Below are positions 1 through 11,275 of a stretch of 64,000 nucleotides of DNA, piece by piece. Origin of the DNA: Eledone cirrhosa (lineage: Eukaryota); contig OZ024752.1 of assembly GCA_964016885.1 (NCBI GenBank), positions 20,212,001-20,276,000 of the forward strand, in the 5' to 3' direction. The translations under genes and the position numbers were made by a program. Every line of letters begins with the position of its first letter. The first letter of the stretch is position 1. The notes under the pieces are model-generated. The model did not search any database. It was not told where the DNA came from and saw nothing but the letters and a program-made list of their open reading frames with translations.

Positions 1-65
1 TGTCTGGTTTAGACAGTCAACATTGCTGTGTCTGGTTTAGACAGTCAACATTGCTGTGTCTGGTT
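1..65. repeat. 28-bp tandem repeat, cut by the window edge
   Basis: tgtctggtttagacagtcaacattgctg, about 2.3 copies. Confidence 0.85.
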
Positions 66-417
66 GTTTGTCTGTATGTTTCCGCTAATTTGTGCTTCAC
101 ACTATAAACTCCTTTGTCTGGACAAAAGAAACAACACCTCAGCTGTGAAAGCAGTCATGTTTCAAGCAGACAGAAGTCATTATGTTAGAAACTATTGTTA
201 TTATCATTGTTATTTTCTCTGAGTCTCAGTCATTGATGTTATTTAACTGGAAAGTTTGTTCAAATGAACATCAAGCCTCTACCTGCTGCCTCAGATTTTC
301 AGGACGTATCAGAGGGTTCTTGCAGTTCCCAGCAAGCATGCCTTTTGAAGTGTTCCAAAAAGGGGGCTGGACTAATGTTCTTTAACCACCCTTGGAAACT
401 CTTCGAGATAATTATTA

Positions 418-454
<37 letters not shown>

Positions 455-596
455 GCAAACAGAAATGATTTGGGTGTTTTTGGTTGGGAGCAGGGAAACG
501 AGCAAGACCCTTGAGGAGAACTCCAACTCCTCTATAATATTCCAGTTGGGGAGGAGGAGGGGAATCAACAAGAATGGAAGGGGCCGATACACAGAT

Positions 597-1732
597 TTAA
601 ATGGCTGTCAAACTGTCACTGGTGTTTATACAATCGCTGGGGACTTGCTCTGATTGGCTGGAATTCAGCGAATCACAAGAGCCGATTCTGAAGTGGAGGC
701 TGGGCATGTGTATTGCATTGCTGTCGTTGAGGTTACTATGACAACAGTCGCTGGACGTGCTGCCCACTTGAGACAAAATGGTCGGCCTCTTGTCATCGTC
801 ATCGTTGGCCATGACAATGTCACCCCCGAGTCTGTCAGTGGTGCCACTAACGTTATCACAGATGGCACTGGCCATTTCCATATTGTTGGAGTCAGTGAAG
901 TTGAGGAGAGGCTCACTGGAAATTCTGCCGCAGATCTTCACCGGAGATGGATGCCGCCAGCAAGCAGTGATGTCTTCGGAACTGAATTGAACCTCCTCCT
1001 GCTCAACATCTCCAATCCTCCCCTCTATACCTGACCCACCACCACTGCTACCACCACCACCACCACCACCACTACCACCACTACCACCACTGTTGCTGTT
1101 GTTTCTGCCAACATTACTCTCCACATCTATTTGTCTATTGGCCCTCTCACCTCGGTGTGTTTCATCGCGAGTATCTGACTGCTCAGAATCAGATGACTCA
1201 CTGGGTAGAAGAAGGGTGGCAGTTGATCCTTGCCTATCAAAGTCAGTGTTTGTGCTATTTACAGTGTCGTGTTGGCCATCTATAATTAGAGGAACATCTG
1301 ACCCTTCACAGCCCTCCTCTGTTGTTGGCCTTTCCATTGCCACGACAACAGTGGGATTCTGTTCCACAAGTTCGGCCGTCGTCTGGCTGCTCTCGGTCAA
1401 ACAGCTTCTTGACCGCGAACTGGAATTTGATGAGCGGTGACGGCTACGGTTACTGCGTCTTGAGTGACGTCTGCGTTCCTGGAAGATACGTTGGGCTTCT
1501 TCAAATGGCATTGACGTAATCATTGCTTCACAATAAGAAGGGGGTGCTGGGCGCCTCATAAACTCTGACTGCCAGTGGGTGAGTGGTCCTCCAGGTTCGG
1601 TGAGTCGCAGCCGATGTCTGTCACGGTGGCGCAGAGAGTTCAGTTTACAGGTAAATCCAAGGGCAATGACCAACAAGAGAGCACAGGTGAGGGAACCAAC
1701 TACAGCCACCAATATCACTCTGTTAGAACTGC
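597..1732 (-). CDS. LRP12: Terminal coding exon of LRP12/LRP3/LRP10-like receptor: TM helix and cytoplasmic tail
   Basis: Acceptor tacag|GC at 1733-1734, phase 1. Reads (G)SSNRVILVAVVGSLTCALLLVIALGFTCKL (TM plus the LRP12-like CTCKL motif), then RRPAPPSYCEAM and a Ser/Gly-rich tail; stop at 597-599. Symbol is family-level, orthology not tested. Confidence 0.85.
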
Positions 1733-1764
1733 CTGTAACAAGAAATACATGAGATTGCATCAAT

Positions 1765-1983
1765 AACAGTTTCTGATTTAGGCACAAGATCAACAATTTA
1801 TGAGAAGGGAAAATCGATTAAACAGACCCCAGTGTGTTACTGGTACTATATTTTATCAACCCCGTAAAGGATGAAATACAAAGCTAACTTCGGAAGGATT
1901 TGAACTCAGAATGTAAAGGGCTGTAACTATATGCTACAAAGCATGTTGTTCGACGCTCTACCAATACTGCCAATCCACTGCCT
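1765..1983 (-). mobile_element. tRNA-derived SINE (octopus-type, Meta-domain-like)
   Basis: Minus strand has an A-box-like tggcagtattggtagagcg, B-box gagttcaaatcc, body ttcatcctttacggggttgataaaatatagtaccag and a TTA-like tail; related copies recur in the window. Confidence 0.8.
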
Positions 1984-2000
1984 TTATTGCATTGATAATA

Positions 2001-2112
2001 ATAGTTTTTAATTTAGGGCCAGCAAATAAAGGTCAATTTATTACATTGACTTAACTGGTACTTTATTTTATCAACCCTGAAAGGATGAAAGTAAAGTTGA
2101 CATCCTCAGGGT
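2001..2112 (-). mobile_element. Partial copy of the same SINE
   Basis: actggtactttattttatcaaccctgaaaggatgaaa core. Confidence 0.7.
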
Positions 2113-2747
2113 GAAACACAAATGTCTACCAGAGAAAGAAATATAGAAAGTGTACAAGTGTTGTATATATATATATATATATATATTATAAAGAGTCTGG
2201 AACTAGCTGTTGAAATGGCAAGAGCTCAGAACTCATGCCAAAATATGGAATGTGTGAGCAAGATGTGATTCTTCAACCTTAGTCTTGAACTGTGACAGCC
2301 TGTCCAACTCTGTCAGCATAGAAAACAGAGATATGATGATAATTGGGATATATATATTTATATACACACACGTATAAATATATATATATATATAAACACA
2401 TATACATCATACACACACACATATATATATATACACATATACACACACAATGCATAGATATATATACAGAGGAATCTTGGTCCACAACGCCTCTCATCAT
2501 GAACAATTTTTCTGAACTTTTAGGTTCACGAACGGTGTCTCGAGTAACATGCAAGTCAGCAACAATCTTGGAGTATCGGCAGGAAAGCGTTACTCTCTGT
2601 GTAGTTACATTTCGTATAGGAAAAATAGTTTTAGCTTACAAACATTTCAGGTGAAGAAATGAGGAATGAATTAAGTTTGTGAATCGATGTTTCACTGTAT
2701 TAGCCAGTATTAGTTGAGCTCATCATAGCTATATGTATGTGTATGTA

Positions 2748-4042
2748 CAGGGTGTGGACGATATTTGTTCGCAATTTTCAACTGCTAATTTTATGCAAAT
2801 TTTTTTTACTTCCGTTGTCACTCTTGTCTTCATAAAAACAGTGACTATATTTCCATTATTTATTTTAAGAATAATTGATTATGAATAATTTTGAACCTCC
2901 AAATTTGTGGACGAGACACGGAGTTCTTCTTGGAATCCACGCCGGGAGGACAAATAAGGAAATTTCAGACTTTCTCAGCGTCAGCAGGAGAATGGTGGAA
3001 AAGGTTAGAAAGGAATTGGAAGATTCAGGATTCGACTACGAAGGAACATCAGAGAGGAAAACACATGATCGACGATCTGACGCCTTCAGAACGCCCGAGT
3101 TCGTCGCTGAAGTTCAGGATATCATCAACAATGAACCTAGCAAGTCGGTGCGTGCCATTGCAAGGGAGAAAGGTGTGGATGAAAAGCTCATTAGGCTGGT
3201 GGTACATGAAGACATTCGCTACATTTCATACAAGATGAGGAAAAGACAATTTCTGTCAAAGGGGATGCAAGAAAAGCGACTGAAGCACGCAAAGAAGCTG
3301 ATCAACAAGTTGAAACACCCACTGGAGCCAGACATGCTGTGGTTTTTCTCCGACGAGAAAAACTTCTGCCAAGACCAGAAGATCAACTCCCAGAACAACA
3401 GGTGGCTCACTGTCTCATCCAAAGACGTGCCCAGAGTCATGCAGACAAAGTTTCCAGCGACAACATTGGTCATAGGTGTCGTCATGCCACCTCACTTCTT
3501 CCCTGAGGGCCTGAAGCTGAACACCGATGGCTACATCCGCGTTCTGAGCGAGGTAGTAAAGCCCTGGATCGACCAGGTAGCTGCAGGTAGGCCGTACGTG
3601 TGGCAGCAAGACTCAGCGCCCTGCCATACCAGCCGAAAGACCCAAGCCTGGCTGTCAGAGAACTTCGTCAACCACACTTCACCTGACATCTGGTCTCCCA
3701 GTTCGACTGACTACAACCCCCTTGACTTCTTTGTGTGGGGCGCAGTGGAATGAGACACCAACAGATCTAGCTGCAATACGAAAGACGATCTGAAGACCAG
3801 GATCACAAGTGCCTATAGGGGCCTAAGTTGGGGGGGGGGGACAGTGACGAAGGCCTGTAGCCGGTTCCGAGGCCGCCTTGAGGCCGTCATCAAAGCCAAT
3901 GGCGGGTTTATCGAGTGAGATCGAAAGAACAAGTCATGAAGACAAACTGACCCAAGTTTGATAAATATATCTTAAAAAATAAAACTACTGTGTTATTTTT
4001 TCCTAGACAGTAATCTTGCAAACAAATATCGTCGGCACCGTG
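2748..4042 (+). mobile_element. Tc1/mariner DD37D (maT) DNA transposon, near full length, transposase disrupted
   Basis: TA|CAGGGTGTGGACGATATTTGTT...AACAAATATCGTCGGCACCGTG|TA TIRs with TA TSD. ORF 2875-3753 has FSDEK, WQQDSAPCH and NPLD with 37 residues between the last two Asp; premature TGA. Confidence 0.92.
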
Positions 4043-4062
4043 TATGTGTTAATGCCACTCAC

Positions 4063-4185
4063 CAGGACAGTTCAGTTCATCGCTGTTGTCCCCACAATCA
4101 TCTGTATAGTCACATTTCCAGTTCTCATAGATACAGCGGCTGTTCTTACAGAGGAATGTACCATTGAAGCCACACCGGTCTGGGG
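4063..4185 (-). CDS. LRP12: LDL-receptor class A exon, juxtamembrane
   Basis: ttcag| acceptor and |gtgagt donor; 123 nt, phase 1-1; [40 protein letters not shown]; splices in frame to the 1732 exon (G+GC=Gly). Confidence 0.93.
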
Positions 4186-4376
4186 CTGAAATACAACACA
4201 TAACCATAACATAACCTACTGTCACACATAAACAAACACATACATATATACACACACACACACACACATATATATGTATATATATATATATAGTAATAAT
4301 AATGAATACAAAGACCAAAATCCAGAGAGGACTCAATAAGGGTTGTGTGTGTGTAAATATATATATATATATATAT

Positions 4377-5545
4377 AAGGAAACTAGGGGTAGAGGAATG
4401 GCTTGTTAGGACAGTGCAAGCTATGTACAGGGGTACTGTCAGTAAAGTGAGAATAGGAATGGAGTTTAGTGAGGAATTCCAGATACAAGTAGGAGTACAT
4501 CAGGGTTCGGTCCTCAGCCCACTCTTATTCATTATAGTCCTCCAAGCCATAACAGAGGAGTTTAAGACTGGCTGTCCATGGGAACTTCTCTATGCTGACA
4601 ATCTGGTTCTTATAGCAGAATCAGTAGAGGAGCTAGAGAATAAATTCTGGCTATGGAAGCAAGAGGACTGAGAGTGAACCTAGCTAAGACAAAAGTGTTG
4701 ATAAGTAGAAAAGAGGACAAAACTCTGATTCCGTCAGGGAAATGGCCATGTTGGATATGTAGGAAAGGAACTGGCATAAATTCTATAAAATATACACAAT
4801 GCAGATCCTGGGTACACAAGAGATGTAGTGGGATAGCAGGCAAACTAACAGGTAGGGATAAATATGTATGTAGTAGATGTACAGAGAAATTTGACAGTAG
4901 AAGTTGCAGTGAGAGACACATTTTTCAAATGCAGGTAGGGTTCTATAGCAGTGTTTGATAGCTTCCGGTACCTAGGGGATCTGATTAACAAGGGAGAGGG
5001 GTGCTCCAAGGCCATAGAATCTAGAATAAGGATGGGTTGGAAGAAGTTTAGGGAGGTGCTTCTTCTGTTGACAAAGAAGGGTTTCTGCAAACAAAAGGCT
5101 GGTTATATGATGCCTGTGTGAGATGTGCGATGCTGCATGGTAGTGACACATGGGCAGCAACTGAAGAGGATATGCGACGGCTGGAGAGAAATGAAGCAAG
5201 CATGCTCCGTTGGATGTGCAATGTCAATGTGTGTGAACGACCAAGCATAGATGAGTTGAGAGAGAAACTGTATAAGAGGGATAAGTTGTGGTGTGCGGGA
5301 GAGAAGACTGTGATGACATGGACATGTGACTGCAGGGTAAAGAAGTGCCAAGAAGTCCCAGTGGAAGGAAGATGCAGTAGACCACGAAAAACATGGGCGG
5401 AGGTGGTGAGAGCAGACCTCAGATCGCTGAAGCTCACAGCGGAGATGACGAAGGACCGTGACAAGTGAAGAGATACTGTGCTGAATAGGACCTGTCCCAC
5501 CCTTGCAAGTAGGGAAAAGCGGACATAAGATGACGATGATGATAT
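4377..5545 (+). mobile_element. 5'-truncated decayed RTE LINE (family B)
   Basis: [14 protein letters not shown] and ELLYADN motifs, Cys-rich finger, MLHGSDTW, (GAT)n tail running into a TA tract; frameshifted. Confidence 0.9.
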
Positions 5546-6098
5546 ATATATATATAAGTATATATAAACCTGTAGAGCAAATATTTATTATTAACATAGA
5601 TTAAAAGTTTAAGCAAACAATTACTGCTTTCACCCTAAGCTAGATCAGCTATATGTAAAAGTTCCAAAAAGAGTAGTCAGTATTATGAAAATAGAGATAA
5701 ATATTTTGTATTAATGTTGTAAAATATGTTACTTAAAGTTTCAGATAAACTTGAATGTGGAATATATGTTGATTTAATAAAACCATACAGATGCTGAGTG
5801 TAAAATCATGAGAGATAGTTTGACTGTTCATTAACTATTCCATGTAAGGAGGGAAAGGCTTCCTTCCATTTGTGAAGAACATTGGAAGAAAGGTTCATAG
5901 ATTGTTTAATTGCAAAACAAAAGTACAGGGAGAAGACTTTAGCCAGCAGGAGCATTAATAATAAGGAGTTGTGTCCCTTGTTGTGACACCTGAAAATATG
6001 CTGGGCCATAACAACTTGTACATTAAAATAATTAAAATGAAATAAATTAATTTGAATTGAACTCATGAATAGATTAAATTTCTGTTGAGGTAACATAA

Positions 6099-6290
6099 TA
6101 ACTGTTCCTACTTTTGGCACAAGGCCAGCAATTACCCCAGTGCATTACTGCTACTTTATTTTATCAACCCTGTAAGGATGAAAGCAAACTTAGCCTCGGC
6201 GGGATTTGAACTCAGACTGAAAAGGGACATAACTCTATGCGGCAAAGCATGGAGCCCAACTCTCTACCGATACTGCCAATCCAGCGCCAC
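6099..6290 (-). mobile_element. tRNA-derived SINE copy
   Basis: Same core (ttttatcaaccctgtaaggatgaaa...ggatttgaactcag) as 1765-1983. Confidence 0.8.
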
Positions 6291-6319
6291 TCAGCAACAT
6301 AATAATACAGCTCTTGTGT

Positions 6320-7898
6320 GTACTACATATAGGACATACTGTCTGTACTACATATAGGACATACTGTCTGTACTACACATAGGACATACCGTCTGTACTA
6401 CACATAGGACATACCGTCTGTACTACATATAGGACATACCGTCTGTACTACATATAGGACATACCGTCTGTACTACATATAGGACATACCGTCTGTACTA
6501 CACATAGGACATACTGTCTGTACTACACATAGGACATATTGTCTGTACTATATATAGGACATACCGTCTGTACTACACATAGGACATATTGTCTGTACTA
6601 TATATAGGACATACTGTCTGTACTACATATAGGACATACTGCCTGTACTACATATAGGACATACCGTCTGTACTACACATAGGACATATTGTCTGTACTA
6701 CATATAGAACATACTGTCTGTACTACATATAGAACATTGTCTGTACTACACATAGGACATACCGTCTGTACTACACATAGGACATACCGTCTGTACTACA
6801 CATAGGACATACCGTCTGTACTACACATAGGACATACCGTCTGTACTACATATAGGACATACTGTCTGTACTACATATAGGACATACTGTCTGTACTACA
6901 TATAGGACATACCGTCTGTACTACACATAAGACATACCGTCTGTACTACACATAAGACATACCGTCTACTACACATAGGACATACCGTCTGTACTACACA
7001 TAGGACATACCGTCTGTACTACACATAGGACATACCGTCTGTACTACACATAGGACATACCGTCTGTACTACACATAGGACATACCGTCTGTACTACACA
7101 TAGGACATACCGTCTGTACTACACATAGGACATACCGTCTGTACTACACATAGGACATACCGTCTGTACTACACATAGGACATACCGTCTGTACTACATA
7201 TAGGACATACCGTCTGTACTACATATAGGACATACCGTCTGTACTACATATAGGACATACCGTCTGTACTACATATAGGACATACCGTCTGTACTACATA
7301 TAGGACATACCGTCTGTACTACATATAGGACATACCGTCTGTACTACATATAGGACATACCGTCTGTACTACACATAGGACATACCGTCTGTACTACACA
7401 TAGGACATACCGTCTGTACTACACATAGGACATACCGTCTGTACTACACATAGGACATACCGTCTGTACTACACATAGGACATACCGTCTGTACTACACA
7501 TAGGACATACCGTCTGTACTACACATAGGACATACCGTCTGTACTACACATAGGACATACCGTCTGTACTACACATAGGACATACCGTCTGTACTACACA
7601 TAGGACATACCGTCTGTACTACATATAGGACATACCGTCTGTACTACATATAGGACATACCGTCTGTACTACATATAGGACATACTGTCTGTACTACATA
7701 TAGGACATACTGTCTGTACTACATATAGGACATACTGTCTGTACTACATATAGGACATACTGTCTGTACTACATATAGGACATACTGTCTGTACTACATA
7801 TAGGACATACTGTCTGTACTACATATAGGACATACTGTCTGTACTACATATAGGACATACTGTCTGTACTACACATAGGACATACTGTCTGTACTACA
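6320..7898. repeat. 25-bp minisatellite, roughly 60 copies
   Basis: Unit gtactacaYataggacatacYgtct, head to tail, no spacers. Confidence 0.97.
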
Positions 7899-7936
7899 CC
7901 CAAGGTTTAACAGTATGAATTGAATAAATAATATCT

Positions 7937-8032
7937 GAGAGAGAGAGGGAGGAGACACAGAGAGAGAGAGAGGGGGGGAGAGACACAGAGGCATAGAGAG
8001 AGAGAGAGAGAGAGAGAGACACACAGAGGCAT

Positions 8033-8064
<32 letters not shown>

Positions 8065-8130
8065 GGGAGAGACACATAGGCATAGAGTGAGAGAGAGAGA
8101 GGGGGAGGAGACAGAGAGAGAGGGGGGGGG
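7937..8130. repeat. (GA)n-rich microsatellite
   Basis: Interrupted GA repeats next to the exon donor site. Confidence 0.9.
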
Positions 8131-8177
8131 AAGAAGAAGTAGAAAAGATGTGGTGAGAAATAGAAGGTAGAACTTAC

Positions 8178-8294
8178 TACATGTTAGTTCATCTGCAGCA
8201 TTAGAACAGCGACTGACTCCATCACATCTCTCCTCATCAGTGTAACAGAGACTGGTTGATGTGCCACAAGAGAATGTATTGAAAGAACAAGCAT
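8178..8294 (-). CDS. LRP12: LDL-receptor class A exon (not in ORF track)
   Basis: ttatag| acceptor and |gtaagt donor; 117 nt, phase 1-1; (D)ACSFNTFSCGTSTSLCYTDEERCDGVSRCSNAADELTC, six Cys and the DE motif. Confidence 0.92.
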
Positions 8295-8409
8295 CTATAA
8301 TGGAGAGAGGGTGGAGGGAGAGAAGAGCAGGTGATATAGAAACAACAAAACAATGTTCTTTACAGTGAAATAAAGGATCATAAACATCATTGTCCTCACT
8401 GTCACCACT

Positions 8410-8920
8410 ACAACTTTATCACTATAACCCCCACAATCAACTTCCTTACTATCACTCTCACCATCAACATCACCCCCACCATCAACATCACCCCCACAAT
8501 CAACTTCCTTACTATCACTCTCACCATCAACATCACCCCCACCATCAACATCACCCCCACCATCAACTTCCTTACTATCACCCCCACCATCAACATCACC
8601 CCCACCATCAACTTCCTTACTATCACTCTCACCATCAACATCACCCCCACCATCAACATCACCCCCACAATCAACATCACCCCCACCATCAACTTCCTTA
8701 CTATCACTCTCACCATCAACATCTCCCCCACCATCAACATCACCCCCACCATCAACTTCCTTACTATCACTCTCACCATCAACATCACCCCCACAATCAA
8801 CATCACCATCACCCCCACCATCAACTTCCTTACTATCACCCCCCACCATCAACTTCCTTACTATCACCCTCACCATCACCCCCACCATTGTCATCACTAT
8901 TACCATCATTATCACCACCA
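8410..8920. repeat. CCATCA-rich compound minisatellite
   Basis: Units ccatcaacatcaccccca interleaved with acttccttactatcactctca; explains the His/Pro and Gly/Asp pseudo-ORFs. Confidence 0.9.
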
Positions 8921-9054
8921 AAACTTCACTATCATTGCTACAATTTACTTTACATTTCATATTTCAACTTTATTATCTTACGTGGGCAAAAAAGAGAATT
9001 GTCATTTAAAATAGTTTATAAGAGCTTACAATGTCAGCAATGATAATATCTAAA

Positions 9055-9637
9055 TCTATAATATAATAAAGGGAGGAGTGCGGGACAGCGTCCATTTTAT
9101 ATTTTTTTATCCCATTAGTAACATAAAATAAGTTGGATTACTTTGAATAAATATTGAATGAATATTATGTAATTTATCTACCAAATTTTGTAGCTCTTGA
9201 TTAAACATAAATCTTCTTATAAAGTATTGCTTATTTTAAGATTCACTTCTTTAAAATTTTCAAATGTCAATACTTCTGGTCAGCATCCGTTATATTATAA
9301 CACTTATTACATTGCTTATATAAACGTTTGTATATTTGCATTGTTATATAAGGTTTATATTTAGGTCGCTAATTTTCTCCTTTTTTGTTTTCATAACATT
9401 TTAGTTTATTATATATGCAGTTTATATATAATATTGTCTTTTTTTTAATGTATCATGGATTACGTTACTGATTACAGAAGACAGTGTAACACAGATTTTG
9501 TTCACTTTCTGTGCATATTGTCAATTATGATTTCATTTGATGTATCATATCTACATGCATGTATATTTGCTTACAATATCAATATACACACTACACATGC
9601 TAGCAGAAAACCACTCGAAGGGTAGTTTTTCTGCTAG
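9055..9637 (+). mobile_element. Possible non-autonomous Helitron
   Basis: A|TCTATAATATAATAAA at the 5' end and ...CTAG|T at the 3' end, with a subterminal hairpin at 9600-9637; single copy in this window. Confidence 0.4.
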
Positions 9638-10108
9638 TTTCTTTTAATAATATTTATATAATCTTTTTTGATAATTTTCACAATTAATCAATATTTTCAT
9701 ATTTCTCTTCCTTATTTAAAATAGCTTATAATAGCTTACAATATCAACACTGTCTGAATCATAAACATTTCCCCACACTCTCTCCCCCACTCATCACAAC
9801 AACACAAATAAAAGCACAGGTTTAGAGCAACTCAAGACTGTCAGGCAAGTTTCAACATAATTATTAAGGCCAGTTACTACAAGGTCACTATACCGGGTCA
9901 TTTTCATTGGCACAGGGTGAAAAATCTGGTCCTTACGACCAACGAAACATACATACCTGGTATGGCGCCATTGTAGTAACTGGCCTTAATAAGGATATAT
10001 ATATATATATATTATATATATATATTACATATATATATTACATATATATACATACATATATTACATATATATACATACATATATTACATATATATATATA
10101 CATACATA

Positions 10109-10440
10109 TGGTGGCTGCCAACTCGTTTTCGAATACGGCCACTACTTTATATCCATGTAGGAGAACCCCTACCGATGCGCTGAACGAGTGTGACTTTTTA
10201 GTCCAGCCAGCGACTTGAAAACTCTGGTACAAACACTACACTTGTGACAATTATTGACGCATAGTGCTGGGCCCATGGTACCATGTGACGACAAGTGCAG
10301 AGAAATCTCCAGATATAAAGCAATCCCTGTGCCGTGAAGCTTTTATAGTGAGCAAAGGCACTGCACAAAGCCAGTCACACTCTCTTAACCAAGATGATAT
10401 TTACCAAAGAAGAGAACAAGTCAACATCATTGGATACCAT
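10109..10440 (-). mobile_element. 5'-truncated copy of bipartite non-autonomous RTE derivative
   Basis: Closely matches 24700-25031; carries a C2H2 remnant CSVCTRVFKSLAGLKSHTRSAH and an RTE 3' end. Confidence 0.8.
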
Positions 10441-10441
10441 C

Positions 10442-10509
<68 letters not shown>

Positions 10510-11160
10510 ACATATATACACATACATACATATATATACATATACATACATATATATATATACATATATACACATATATATATATATACATATATACACA
10601 TATATATATATATACATATATACACATATATATATATACATATATACACACATATATATATACATATATACACATATATATATATACATATATACATATA
10701 TATATATATACATATATACATACATATATATATACATATATACACATATATATATATACATATATACACATATATATATATACATATATACACATATATA
10801 TATATACATATATACACATATATATATATACATATATATATATACATATATACACATATATATATACATACATATAGATATATATATACATACATACATA
10901 TACATATATATACATACATACATATACATATATATACATACATACATACACATACATATACATACATACATATATATACATACATACATATATATACATA
11001 CATATACATACATACATATACATACATATACATATATATACATATATATACATATACATATATATACACACATATATATACATACATACATATATATATA
11101 TATACATACATATATATATATACATACATACATACACACACACATACATACATACATACA

Positions 11161-11190
<30 letters not shown>
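10441..11190. repeat. Degenerate (TA)n/(TACA)n microsatellite
   Basis: Only TA and CA steps. Confidence 0.97.
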
Positions 11191-11191
<1 letters not shown>

Positions 11192-11239
11192 GATGGCTGC
11201 CCCCTCGTTATAGAGTATGGCCATTGCACAAGAAAAAAA

Positions 11240-11275
<36 letters not shown>

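Noticed and set aside
1733-1796. N-terminal extension of ORF 597-1796
   Set aside because: Upstream of the splice acceptor and overlapping the SINE tail; intronic.
1900-1983. tRNA gene
   Set aside because: Pol III boxes belong to a multi-copy SINE head; no full cloverleaf seen.
2680-2735. Minus-strand hammerhead-like ATGATGA...GAAAC
   Set aside because: C3 missing and stems I and II are weak; at best a decayed copy.
6320-7898. CRISPR-like array
   Set aside because: Contiguous repeats with no spacers, no cas genes, eukaryotic context.
8295-9043. His/Pro-rich and Gly/Asp-rich ORFs
   Set aside because: Translations of an intronic minisatellite beside a splice acceptor.
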